From positions 1,556 through 65,555 of the forward strand of contig CAZEXI010000005.1 in the NCBI GenBank assembly GCA_964516805.1: a DNA stretch of 64,000 bases, read 5' to 3'. Made by a program: the position numbers and the translations under genes. Source of the stretch: an uncultured Thermoplasmata archaeon. Lineage in GTDB: Archaea > Thermoplasmatota > Thermoplasmata > Halarchaeoplasmatales > Halarchaeoplasmataceae. The notes beneath the pieces were generated by a model that was not told the origin of the DNA, did not search any database, and saw only the letters and a program-made list of their open reading frames with translations. Positions 1 through 9,388 of this stretch are shown here, one piece after another (within the stretch, counting starts at the first letter, position 1; the number at the start of each line of letters is the position of its first letter).

Positions 1-64
1 GGACCTACTTTCCTCTCTTTACTAAACATTCTAACCACAAGTTATACTAGATTCTTACTTTTAT

Positions 65-631
65 TTATACCTTGTTGATTCTAAGTAAAAATTTGTCTAA
101 ATCTTCTCTAACATCTTCTAACTCGATAATATTTCCAGAAATAGAATTCTCCCCATACTTATGACTCTGAAGCAGGAAAATTTCATCCAGATCATCTTCC
201 AACATTTCTACAATATTCACAGCATCTCCACCACCAGCTTCCTCATTACCTACGATGATGTAATTCTTATCTACATCCTTGTATCTCTCGTAAGATTTCC
301 CGTCAAAAACACACTGAGAACGCTCTCTGAAGGCGAAGTATTTGGAACATGGTGCGCCGCTGTAAACGGGTACTGCAAATATCACGGAATCGTATTTCAT
401 GATCTCTTCATACAGTTCAACAACATCGTCGTTTTTAGGACATCTAGAACTGAAACATTCGTAGCTGCAGTGATAGCAGCTCTGTATTTCGTAATCTGTT
501 ATCTCTATCAGTGAATTATCCACCTCATCCTCATCTAATCTATCAGAAATATACTCCAAAACGCCAACACAGTTACCTGGTTCTTCACGTCCACTAAAAG
601 AGATCAATAATACACTCATACGGACCGTCAA
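65..631 (-). CDS. flavodoxin-fold FMN reductase / iron-sulfur flavoprotein-like protein
   Basis: 188-aa ORF with a flavodoxin-like pattern (LLISFSGR, AVPVYSG) and a compact Cys cluster C-x2-C-x3-C-x4-C resembling ISF-type motifs. The ORF opens with TTG; the ATG at 619 is a more likely start. Confidence 0.5.
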   Translation of the reverse strand: MTVRMSVLLISFSGREEPGNCVGVLEYISDRLDEDEVDNSLIEITDYEIQSCYHCSYECFSSRCPKNDDVVELYEEIMKYDSVIFAVPVYSGAPCSKYFAFRERSQCVFDGKSYERYKDVDKNYIIVGNEEAGGGDAVNIVEMLEDDLDEIFLLQSHKYGENSISGNIIELEDVREDLDKFLLRINKV

Positions 632-702
632 TCCATTGAATGATTAAATACTTGTTCATAAAACTCCAAATGACCTTAATATTTTTCCAAATTTCCTATA
701 GC

Positions 703-2001
703 CTATCTCAACAACCATAACCATACTGGTAAAACTTCAATTTCTGTACCGTTTAATTCTATTAGGTCTTTTTCATCCTCTGTGAGAATAAAACCTTTAT
801 CTATATCGTATTTATCCATAGCCTTTTTCAATCCTTCTATCTCTCTTTCCTGAGTACCTTCTAAAGTCCATGTGACCTGAAAAGCCTCTTTAAGTTCATC
901 CTTAACTTGGACTAAAAAGTCACATTCAGCATCACTGTTTGAATAAAAAAGTTTTTTATTTCGTCGTTTCATCTCTAAAAACACCACTGTTTCTAGTGCT
1001 CTACCCAATTCTTTAGAAAAATTAAACCTGATCGCATTTACTAGACCAGTATCTATAGGATAAACTTTCCTAGGATTTCTTTTTCTTTTTTTTCTACTAT
1101 AGGAATATTTTTCCAAATCGAAAAGAAAGAAAACCTTCTTAGCGTAAGAAAAATAATTTGATAGCGTAGTTTTACCCACATTGTGACCCATGGATTTTAG
1201 ATTATTCCTTGACTGTGTGAAAGACATTAAACAACCAAAATTATCCATTCTCATCTTGATAAAATCCTCTAAAACTTGAATTTTATCGATATTAAAACTT
1301 TCTATGATATCCTTGTAAAATATTGTAGAGTAATATTCTCTCAATATCTCTTCCTTACGTTCTTCATTATCTTCTAAAACTACTTCTGGGAAGCCCCCAT
1401 GGAATAGATATTCATTAAAAGCATTTTTTAAAGATGATTTCTTTCTAGCGTTATAATAATCTCTTTCACCATCAAATGTGATATCTTTAGTTTTAAGGAA
1501 TTCTTTAAAAGAAAAGGGAAAAACTACCCGATTTAATGACCTACCTCTTAAACTTGTAGATAACTCTGAAGGCATGACTTTAGAGGATGATCCAGTTAAT
1601 ATTAATTTTATATCCTTTTCTCTTTCATCGATTCTCCTACACCACCTTTCCCAATTAGGTACAGACTGTATTTCATCTAAAAATAAATAAATCCTGCCTT
1701 CTGAAGGATCCATTATTTCGTAATAGATCTCAAGTAACTTTGATAATTCGTCACCATTTAATGGATATAATCTTTCATCTTCAAAATTTATATACAGTAA
1801 ATTATCTTCTGGTACATACCCTCGTAATTTTTTTATAATTTGATAACACAGATAAGTTTTTCCAGCTCTTCTAGGTCCTGAAATAGTTAATATTTTATCT
1901 GATTCGATCAATGATTCATCAAAATTTCTTTCGATTAAATCTGGTATTTTGAAGTTTGACCAATAAGAGATTATCTGTTTTAATTTCTCAGATGTTTTCA
2001 T
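703..2001 (-). CDS. AAA+ ATPase of the AAA_14/DUF4143 (COG1373-like) family
   Basis: 432 aa. Walker A is GPRRAGKTY and Walker B-like is LFLDEIQ. The C-terminal region is typical of DUF4143 archaeal ATPases. Confidence 0.75.
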   Translation of the reverse strand: MKTSEKLKQIISYWSNFKIPDLIERNFDESLIESDKILTISGPRRAGKTYLCYQIIKKLRGYVPEDNLLYINFEDERLYPLNGDELSKLLEIYYEIMDPSEGRIYLFLDEIQSVPNWERWCRRIDEREKDIKLILTGSSSKVMPSELSTSLRGRSLNRVVFPFSFKEFLKTKDITFDGERDYYNARKKSSLKNAFNEYLFHGGFPEVVLEDNEERKEEILREYYSTIFYKDIIESFNIDKIQVLEDFIKMRMDNFGCLMSFTQSRNNLKSMGHNVGKTTLSNYFSYAKKVFFLFDLEKYSYSRKKRKRNPRKVYPIDTGLVNAIRFNFSKELGRALETVVFLEMKRRNKKLFYSNSDAECDFLVQVKDELKEAFQVTWTLEGTQEREIEGLKKAMDKYDIDKGFILTEDEKDLIELNGTEIEVLPVWLWLLR

Positions 2002-2100
2002 ATTTTTACCTACTTTGTCTTATTGACATGACAAATATATATAATTTTGTACTATTTATAAGACAAATAACGCATATTACGTTTTATTGACAGGACATGT

Positions 2101-2844
2101 TCATAAACAAGTTATCAACCGATCTTTTTCAAAACATCTTGGTAGATATTCTAACGAAAATATCTTGAAATTATCGTCAACAAATTCGACCTCAACATCT
2201 AGTTCCCTATCTATCAGACACGCATACATACCAGCGTTATCAGCACCTACAAAATCAGCACCATAAGAATCACCAACATAAACACATTCATCGTGATCCA
2301 CACCCATTTTATCAACTATCTCATCGAAAACCGGTTTCTCTGGCTTAGCTATACCGATATCTCCTGATATGACCACTTCCTCAAAGTGATCTTCGATACC
2401 AGTATCTCTTAGTTTCTGCCTCTGCTGCGAAGAATCACCATTTGATAAAATAGCCAATCTATATCCATCCAAACTATCTAAACAATCTAAAACATCAGAA
2501 AACAGTTCCCAACCTCTTTCATAGGCATCCAAGTAAAAATCGAAGTATTCTCTAGCTGTCTTTTCATCGATTTTTCTACCAGCTCTCTCGAACACCCCTT
2601 TGACTCTCAGCACTCTCTGCTCTTCAAATGTGACATCACCATCCAAATACTTCTTCACATTCTAATTGTGTTCCTTTTCCCAGATCTCTTTGAATTTTTC
2701 TAAGGCCGCTTCACTATCACTAAAATGCTTTCCATAGAACTCCTCTATACCTTTTTCAATAGCTAATTGATGATCTACCAGTGTCCCATCTATATCGAAT
2801 ACAACAGCTTCTATCAACTGGTTCAACTCCTCAACCATATGCAA
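2101..2844 (-). pseudogene. HAD-IA family hydrolase interrupted by a single in-frame TAG
   Basis: The 60-aa ORF (2662..2844) carries HAD motif I (VVFDIDGTLVD). The 185-aa ORF (2101..2658) carries motifs II-IV (LSNG, KP, GDSYGAD). Both are in the same frame and are separated only by TAG (2662..2664) plus one codon. Confidence 0.6.
2662..2664 (-). other. in-frame amber (TAG) codon inside the HAD hydrolase reading frame
   Basis: The reverse complement of cta at 2662..2664 is TAG. The frame is continuous from 2844 to 2101. Confidence 0.9.
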
Positions 2845-2861
2845 TATAAACTATTTTAATA

Positions 2862-3983
2862 CTATCCAGGTCTTACACCAAGGATTACCTCTTTTTGTAT
2901 GTACTCTCCATCCCGATATACAGTAAAAACCACAGTGTCTCCAGGTGATCTCTTATCAAGATTACAGATAAGCTCATCATTACTCCGTATAGATTTGTTA
3001 TCCATACTGACTATAATATCACCGTTAACAAAGATAGACATTCCCTGATATTCAGTTCTCTCAGCGGCATCCATACTGGCATTATCTGCAGGACCATCTC
3101 CAACAACATCAATCACCATAACGCCTTTACTTGCATTACCGCTCAGTGCCATATAATCTGCCATCTCTTCATTTACCGGGAGCATGGTTATACCCAACCA
3201 CGGATGGTTGTATTCTCCATCGTCTATCAGGCTGTCTGCAACTTTCTTTACTTTGTTCGATGGTATAGCAAAACCAACATTATCTCCTTCTTTAGCACGG
3301 TTCACACCAACGACTTCACCTTTCATATTCAGCAAAGGGCCACCTGAATTCCCAGGATTCAGAGGCGCATCGGTCTGAACAACGTTAGGTATAGAATAAC
3401 CACCTTCTGTAGACACTAATCTTCCTGTTGCACTGACTATACCGTGAGTCACGCTCCCTGATAATCCAAACGGATTACCTATAGCTATGACCTGCTGACC
3501 AGGAACCAACTTGGATGAATCAGCCATTTCAAGAGGTTCAGCAGAAAAACCTTTTTCATCCGACATCTTGGACACCTTAAGAACAGCTATGTCTGAATAC
3601 TTGTCTGTACCCACCAGTGTAGACGATACCCTTGCACCGTTAGAGAACACTACATCTATGTCATTAGCACCTTTGATAACATGATGATTCGTTATGATAT
3701 GACCGTTTTCATCATATACAAAACCAGAACCTTGACCAGCTCCTGTAGCTGTGGTCACTTTAATAGATACTACTGAATCAGATACATTCAGGTACAGTCC
3801 CGAATAAACTTTTGAGGAGTTATCCAGTGAATCCGGTATCCTATATTCTGGACTTACTACTTTTACACCACCTAAATCAAATATATAGATCGCACTGCTT
3901 CCTACTGACGCACCAGCTAAAAAAGCGATCACCAGTAAAACTGATACTTTTTTCCAATAGCTATCACTATTCATCATATTCAA
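2862..3983 (-). CDS. htrA: HtrA/DegP-type serine protease with N-terminal membrane anchor and C-terminal PDZ domain
   Basis: 373 aa with a trypsin-like catalytic triad context (TNHHV, D, GNSGGPLLN). A PDZ-like C-terminus and an N-terminal TM helix are present. Confidence 0.85.
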   Translation of the reverse strand: MNMMNSDSYWKKVSVLLVIAFLAGASVGSSAIYIFDLGGVKVVSPEYRIPDSLDNSSKVYSGLYLNVSDSVVSIKVTTATGAGQGSGFVYDENGHIITNHHVIKGANDIDVVFSNGARVSSTLVGTDKYSDIAVLKVSKMSDEKGFSAEPLEMADSSKLVPGQQVIAIGNPFGLSGSVTHGIVSATGRLVSTEGGYSIPNVVQTDAPLNPGNSGGPLLNMKGEVVGVNRAKEGDNVGFAIPSNKVKKVADSLIDDGEYNHPWLGITMLPVNEEMADYMALSGNASKGVMVIDVVGDGPADNASMDAAERTEYQGMSIFVNGDIIVSMDNKSIRSNDELICNLDKRSPGDTVVFTVYRDGEYIQKEVILGVRPG

Positions 3984-4020
3984 ATTCCTCTCTCAAGCAT
4001 ATAAATTTTAGCTTTTTAAC

Positions 4021-4641
4021 TCATAGGTCATGCATATATGCAAAACTGAAAGTCAGGACTATTGAAAATCCAATAAATAACCACACGTTTACGAACCAGC
4101 TCAAAGCTATTATCCCGTAAAGCATACTCCTCCTGCCCATTGTATACTGCCGGTTTCCGGTTATGAACAGTTTCCTAAGATATAGAACAGCATCTAAACC
4201 TTCTATCTCTTTCAGTTTGCCTCGATCACTCCTCACAAGATAAGTAAGCTGGGTAAGATATCTCAAAGAAAGTAAGAAATTGAGTATAGAATATCCAAGA
4301 GTAAAAACTATCAACCATACAGGATAATCTCTCCTAGCTAGGTTCAGATGGAATTCGTTGATCACACTACCAACGTTTGCAAAATCTAAAAGAAAGCCCA
4401 TCAATATCGCAGCTATCGTTGCTAGAAAAGTGATAGCCATTATCATATTCCTAACCTGATGTACTACCAAAAGATAGTCACCATCCTCTATCGATCCTTC
4501 AAGCCAGCTTTCCACACATTTATCTATTCTTCCCTTCTTTGTATTATAACGTTCCTGAGCAGTGACCCAAAAGTAGATCTGATGATAACCGAATAAACAA
4601 GCTGCAAATACAATTAAAGCTGCAATAGTCGATACCTGCAT
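4021..4641 (-). CDS. DUF599-family integral membrane protein
   Basis: 206 aa with about 4 TM helices. The GYH...VRNMIMAITFLATIAAIL pattern matches the DUF599 signature as I remember it. Confidence 0.55.
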   Translation of the reverse strand: MQVSTIAALIVFAACLFGYHQIYFWVTAQERYNTKKGRIDKCVESWLEGSIEDGDYLLVVHQVRNMIMAITFLATIAAILMGFLLDFANVGSVINEFHLNLARRDYPVWLIVFTLGYSILNFLLSLRYLTQLTYLVRSDRGKLKEIEGLDAVLYLRKLFITGNRQYTMGRRSMLYGIIALSWFVNVWLFIGFSIVLTFSFAYMHDL

Positions 4642-4699
4642 CTATTCACCGATATATACAATATGCTCAACGTAATATTATATTTTTGCTAAAAATCAT

Positions 4700-5293
4700 T
4701 TATCTGCTGAAATTGTACTTCCTTCTTAACTTAGTTATTATCTGAGTTCTGGTCCATTTGTCATTTAAAAATTCACTTTCCTCGTCTATCGTTTCGATTA
4801 TCTCTTTAAAATTTTTGTAGTTCTCTAACCGGAGTGCAAATATGTAATCATTATTCATTTCTCTCATCAGATAATAACAATCTGACATGGCTATAGATAT
4901 ATACGAAGGCTTCCTACCAGACTGAGAACCCATGGTAGCTGCATAAGACGTTGAAAGGGTGGTATAATAAAAATCTGGGTCATCAGTATCTTCTTCTTTC
5001 ACTTCACCCATCAATTTGCCTTCCTTTTTAATCAAAGATACGTAAGTAACATTCTCAAAGTCCAAAAGTTGTTTTAAAGATCCAAGTAAAAGCTTGTCAA
5101 CTTCTTTATCTGCAGATGTTGATTTCTCTTCATTTTCTTCCTCCTCTTCTATCTCAACTTCTTCAGATTGCTCAATAGATTCTTCTTCAGCTTCTTCCTG
5201 GTCTCCAAATTTAAATTTGAAAAAATCTGGGTCTTCCTGCTCTTCTGAGATGTGTATTCCTCCTGAAGGGGATATCAAAAAAAGTAGGCACAA
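4700..5293 (-). CDS. Roadblock/LC7-like protein with poly-acidic N-terminal extension
   Basis: 197 aa. The C-terminal ~120 aa align with the Roadblock gene at 55315..55731, including the tail EFLNDKW.R..IITKLRRKY. The N-terminus is an E/D-rich tract. The start is uncertain (TTG; an AGGAGG lies inside the annotated 5' end). Confidence 0.5.
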   Translation of the reverse strand: MCLLFLISPSGGIHISEEQEDPDFFKFKFGDQEEAEEESIEQSEEVEIEEEEENEEKSTSADKEVDKLLLGSLKQLLDFENVTYVSLIKKEGKLMGEVKEEDTDDPDFYYTTLSTSYAATMGSQSGRKPSYISIAMSDCYYLMREMNNDYIFALRLENYKNFKEIIETIDEESEFLNDKWTRTQIITKLRRKYNFSR

Positions 5294-5348
5294 CCATATA
5301 TATATTTTTTAACTCTAAATTCTAAAATTTAAAAAAAAAGAAAAAGGT

Positions 5349-6176
5349 TTAGAGATCCTTCCTGTGGAACCAGATCATCCCTATGATAAGTGGTATCACT
5401 ATCCACAGCGCAAGTGCTACCAAAAGTACAGGATAAGTCATCAGCTGAGGTAGATCACCAGCATTGCCTGTCAATTTATTCATGGTCATGCTGAAGGACC
5501 CATTTGGATTTAACAAGGTACCAAAGTAATACCATGTTGGGTACGTTACTTCTGAAACACTTTGAGGCATCTCCCATCCTGTAGCCATAAGCCCACCTAT
5601 CATTATGAAGTCCCATACGAAATTGAACACGATCCATATGAATACTCCACCTGCCAAAGCCCTGCTCTTTCGTGATACAAGAGAAGACATGAACATGGAT
5701 ATAGAAAGGTACGCTAATCCGAAGAGTACTGCCATCACAATATACGACATATATAGGTCCACATTACTGAAGCCCTGATTTAAACCAACAACAATACCAC
5801 CTATACCCAATCCACCTACGATGGAAAGAGTGATAACAGCTGATAAACCGATCAGTTTTCCAGTAAGAACATCCTTTCTACTTAATTCAGATGTGAGTAA
5901 AAGACCGATGGACTTGGATTCGACCTCATTTACAACCGTTTTATAACCCATTATAATGGCTATGATAGATATCATAGTGATCACAAGTGAAGAATACATG
6001 GCTATCGATTTCAGACCTCCAGATGAACCTGGTTGAACAGTTTCATAGATGGATACCAGCAGTGTAACACCTATAAAAAGCAGGCTTACGAGTAGTACCC
6101 ATTTAGACCTGATATTGTCCATGAATTCTTTCTTAGCAAGATTCATGACCGCACCTTTTCTGTTTCCGTACATCAA
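5349..6176 (-). CDS. ABC-2 type transporter permease (NosY-like)
   Basis: 275 aa with 6 predicted TM helices and the KEFMDNIRSKW N-terminal motif. It overlaps the upstream ATPase gene by 4 nt. Confidence 0.7.
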   Translation of the reverse strand: MMYGNRKGAVMNLAKKEFMDNIRSKWVLLVSLLFIGVTLLVSIYETVQPGSSGGLKSIAMYSSLVITMISIIAIIMGYKTVVNEVESKSIGLLLTSELSRKDVLTGKLIGLSAVITLSIVGGLGIGGIVVGLNQGFSNVDLYMSYIVMAVLFGLAYLSISMFMSSLVSRKSRALAGGVFIWIVFNFVWDFIMIGGLMATGWEMPQSVSEVTYPTWYYFGTLLNPNGSFSMTMNKLTGNAGDLPQLMTYPVLLVALALWIVIPLIIGMIWFHRKDL

Positions 6177-7120
6177 TTTCCACTTCCGTTGGTGTATCTA
6201 AGGAAAATGTCTTCTAGGTCTCCTTCTTCAGTTTTAAAGTCCTGGACGGTCAGTCCATTATCCTCTATCTTCCTGAGTACAGCAGTTTTATATTCACTGT
6301 CACAAACCACCTCAAGTCTATTTCCTTTTCCTTTAAACGAACGTATCCTCTCATCTCTATCGAGCACTCCTGCTGCCTTTCTAAAGTTTCCAGATAATCT
6401 CAAACTCATCTTTGTAGGTATGTCCAACCTATCTCTCAAGTTATCTACTGAATCGATGGCTCTCAGTTTACCGTCGGATATTATACCGACTCTATCAGCC
6501 ACTTCCTGCACATTTGGCAATATATGTGAAGAAAAGAATACCGTTCCACCTTTGTCAGTGTAATACTTGACCAATCTCTTGACCATAGTGATCGCTGTTG
6601 GATCGAGTCCAGATGTTGGTTCGTCTAGTACTAATAAAGGAGGATCCCCCAATAGTGCCTGAGCCAATGCTATCTTCTGAGCCATTCCTTTGGAATATTC
6701 ACCTATCTTTTTATCAGCAGCTTCAGTCATACCGACCTGCTTCAGCAATCTATCTACCTCACCCTCCGGAGCGTTCCTCAATTTTGCGAAGAATTCTAAT
6801 GTCTCTCTGCCTGTCAGGTTGCTGTATAACTTCATGTATTCAGGTAAGTAACCAACTCCCAGGAGTGCTTTTCTTCTCTGTTTACGAACAGATTTACCCA
6901 TGATACGTATATTTCCTTCACTAGGTTTGATCAGACCAAGTATCGATTTGATCGTGGTAGTCTTCCCAGCACCATTGGGTCCAAGGAAACCGAACACTTC
7001 TCCCTTCTTGATCTCTAGATTGACGTCATCGACTGCCAAGAAGTTACCATATCTCTTCGTAAGTCCTTCTATCCTTATCAAAGAGCCATTATTTCTCATT
7101 CTTTTCCTCCTTCTTATCAA
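6173..7120 (-). CDS. ABC transporter ATP-binding protein (ABC-2 subfamily)
   Basis: Walker A GPNGAGKTT, signature YSKGMAQK, Walker B LLVLDEPTSGLD. The internal ATG at 7099 is a plausible true start. Confidence 0.9.
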   Translation of the reverse strand: MIRRRKRMRNNGSLIRIEGLTKRYGNFLAVDDVNLEIKKGEVFGFLGPNGAGKTTTIKSILGLIKPSEGNIRIMGKSVRKQRRKALLGVGYLPEYMKLYSNLTGRETLEFFAKLRNAPEGEVDRLLKQVGMTEAADKKIGEYSKGMAQKIALAQALLGDPPLLVLDEPTSGLDPTAITMVKRLVKYYTDKGGTVFFSSHILPNVQEVADRVGIISDGKLRAIDSVDNLRDRLDIPTKMSLRLSGNFRKAAGVLDRDERIRSFKGKGNRLEVVCDSEYKTAVLRKIEDNGLTVQDFKTEEGDLEDIFLRYTNGSGN

Positions 7121-7472
7121 GATTTTTTAAAATTTTCTTCAATCCTAAGAACTCATCTTCAAAATTCGATCCCTTGATCTTCTTCTCACAAGTGATAGAA
7201 TTATCGTCATCACACTTTGCTTCGTACCCCGAATTCATCAATTCATCTATAACATCGATCTTATCCTTCAATATGCTGAGGTCGACGTCTTCTCCATCAT
7301 CGCAGAGGATTATCACCACTTCGATGAAGAAATCAGACTCTTTAGGCTCCTTCATCCTTACCCCTGTACCGATCCTGAAGTCACCGTTCTGTTCGATGAT
7401 ATGATAGGTTTCGTTGTAATCACTCGCCTTCGCCTTTTCTTTCATACTCTCGATATTTATTTCGGCACTCAT
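7089..7472 (-). CDS. hypothetical small acidic protein, first gene of the ABC-2 operon
   Basis: 127-aa ORF on the same strand whose 3' end overlaps the ABC ATPase gene. I recognised no family. Confidence 0.4.
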   Translation of the reverse strand: MSAEINIESMKEKAKASDYNETYHIIEQNGDFRIGTGVRMKEPKESDFFIEVVIILCDDGEDVDLSILKDKIDVIDELMNSGYEAKCDDDNSITCEKKIKGSNFEDEFLGLKKILKNLDKKEEKNEK

Positions 7473-7630
7473 GTTTACACTTCAAAATAGTCTATCACTC
7501 TTAACTATATAATATCATGTTTAGAATAAAAATTAATAAACAGATATTATCAGGTCTATTATTTCCATTATCTTAATCAAGGAGTTAAAAAAACGGACAT
7601 CTAGAAGGGATATCAATACTCTGGATTCTT

Positions 7631-8536
7631 TTAATCAGTAGCTCTCTCTTTCAATACATCATCTCTCCAAGTATCGAAGGTTTCACCACCATAAAATATC
7701 TGAGATCGGATCGATTCGAAATAACCTTCATCTCTTAAGTCCTCCTTTAGTGAGTGTATCTCTTCCAAAGTTTTAGCCCAAGTGTTCACCAAACCCCTAT
7801 TGGGTTCATTGCTAGCCATATAAATGTCGTTGACATTTGGAAAGTATTTTTTTCTTATACTGTACAACACCTTCTTTCTATCATATACAGGTTTCACTTC
7901 CATTGAAAAGAAAGATATAAAATCACTAGACCTTGTAGGTTTCATTTTGATACCTAGCTCTATTGCTCCAGCATCTTCCATATGCTGCAATCTCCTTCTA
8001 ACGGTCTTAGCAGAAACTCCGATCTCGCTAGCTACTTCTGATAAGGCCTTTCTTGAATCCTTATGCAGAGCATATATTATTTTATAATCAATATTTGATA
8101 ACTTAAAATCATTTGGAATTTCTTCTCTCTCGTTAACGGGGATAAACACCTTAGGTTGTCTTATTTTAGCTTTTTCTCTCACTCTATTTGTATATTCATT
8201 GATCTCAGAAATATCTCTCAGCAGCCCTTCAACATACAGGTAATTACCACTAGCTGATACGACCTTGAAAATATTCTTATCTTCACCTAGTTTATCCAAT
8301 ATCTCATTTAAATTTTCAATCTCAGACTTACCCTCTACCCAAATCAAGGCACTACCCTTGAAAACTTTTAGACTGATTTTGGCATAAAATTCTTCTATTA
8401 TCCTTAGGTCTACCATATTTTGGACTCTAGAATGAACAGCATTAACTGACAAGTTGACTTCATCTGCCAATTTTCTGTATGGTGTTCTAGAATTTTCTGA
8501 TAATAGAATACTTAATTTAAGGTCTATATCGTCCAT
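7631..8536 (-). CDS. tandem Lrp/AsnC-type HTH transcriptional regulator
   Basis: 301 aa with two AsnC-type wHTH segments (SRTPYRKLADEVNLSVNAVHSRV and SRKALSEVASEIGVSAKTVRRRL). Each is followed by a RAM-like region. Confidence 0.75.
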   Translation of the reverse strand: MDDIDLKLSILLSENSRTPYRKLADEVNLSVNAVHSRVQNMVDLRIIEEFYAKISLKVFKGSALIWVEGKSEIENLNEILDKLGEDKNIFKVVSASGNYLYVEGLLRDISEINEYTNRVREKAKIRQPKVFIPVNEREEIPNDFKLSNIDYKIIYALHKDSRKALSEVASEIGVSAKTVRRRLQHMEDAGAIELGIKMKPTRSSDFISFFSMEVKPVYDRKKVLYSIRKKYFPNVNDIYMASNEPNRGLVNTWAKTLEEIHSLKEDLRDEGYFESIRSQIFYGGETFDTWRDDVLKERATD

Positions 8537-8574
8537 CGAAAGCTAAACTAAAAGTTCAGATTAAAACTTTACGA

Positions 8575-9243
8575 TTACCTACCCTTCAATAATCTCCAAG
8601 CTATCCTAAATCCATCCCAAAGGTGAAGTTTTGACTTTCCTTTCCTCTTTTCGTACTCGATAGGTATCTCTTTTATTCTTTTATCGCTCATCACCATGTG
8701 TATCCCAGCTTCTATCTCAAAACCTTCACCAGGTATAGAGTTCAATTCATCAGCTTTCAGACCTCTTAATCCAGTACATAAATCACTGACTGATGTTTCA
8801 TAAAATTTGTTCCCCATCCATGTCAAGATCTTATTACCAATCTTGTTTCTAAAACTCATAGCACCTTTATCTATCACACCAGCAAACCTACTTCCCAGGA
8901 CCATATCGTAACCTTCTCCAAATAATTCGACCATATCTACTATTCGTTCAGCGGGATATGATCCATCACCATCTATCAAAAAAAGATAATCACCGTCAGC
9001 AGCATCAAAACCTCTCCTAACGGCATTCGCCTTTCCGTCATCCTCTTCGATAACTTTTACATTCAAATCTTTCACTTCATTCACTGTTCCATCAGTAGAT
9101 CCACCATCAACTACAAGTACCTCAACTTGAAAACCTCTCTTTTTTAGTTCATTTGTAGGTATACCATCCACTACTTCTTTGATGGCTTCTGCTTCATTCA
9201 AAGTGGGTATTATGATGGAAACAGTTTTCATATCAATCTCCAA
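8575..9243 (-). CDS. family 2 glycosyltransferase (dolichyl-phosphate sugar synthase-like)
   Basis: 222 aa with VSIIIPTLNE, VVDGGSTDGT and a DGD motif, typical of GT2/DPM1-like enzymes. Confidence 0.85.
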   Translation of the reverse strand: MEIDMKTVSIIIPTLNEAEAIKEVVDGIPTNELKKRGFQVEVLVVDGGSTDGTVNEVKDLNVKVIEEDDGKANAVRRGFDAADGDYLFLIDGDGSYPAERIVDMVELFGEGYDMVLGSRFAGVIDKGAMSFRNKIGNKILTWMGNKFYETSVSDLCTGLRGLKADELNSIPGEGFEIEAGIHMVMSDKRIKEIPIEYEKRKGKSKLHLWDGFRIAWRLLKGR

Positions 9244-9388
9244 AAAGGGTATTCTATATAAATAACTGACCTTTATGGATGAATTGGATCAAGAAAACAA
9301 CCTCATCAGACTACTCTTTGATTTTTTTCCAAAACATATATAGCTAAGTTTACGAACTCAAAAATATCACAAACTGGAGTCAAATGCC

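Noticed and set aside
2662-2664. In-frame TAG in the HAD gene as evidence for pyrrolysine or genome-wide amber reassignment
   Set aside because: TAG is the apparent terminator of at least seven well-supported genes in this window (ends at 703, 2862, 21329, 29043, 34601, 36494 and 41780). No pylS/pylT/pylBCD or methylamine methyltransferase genes are present here. A pseudogene or error is the more economical explanation.
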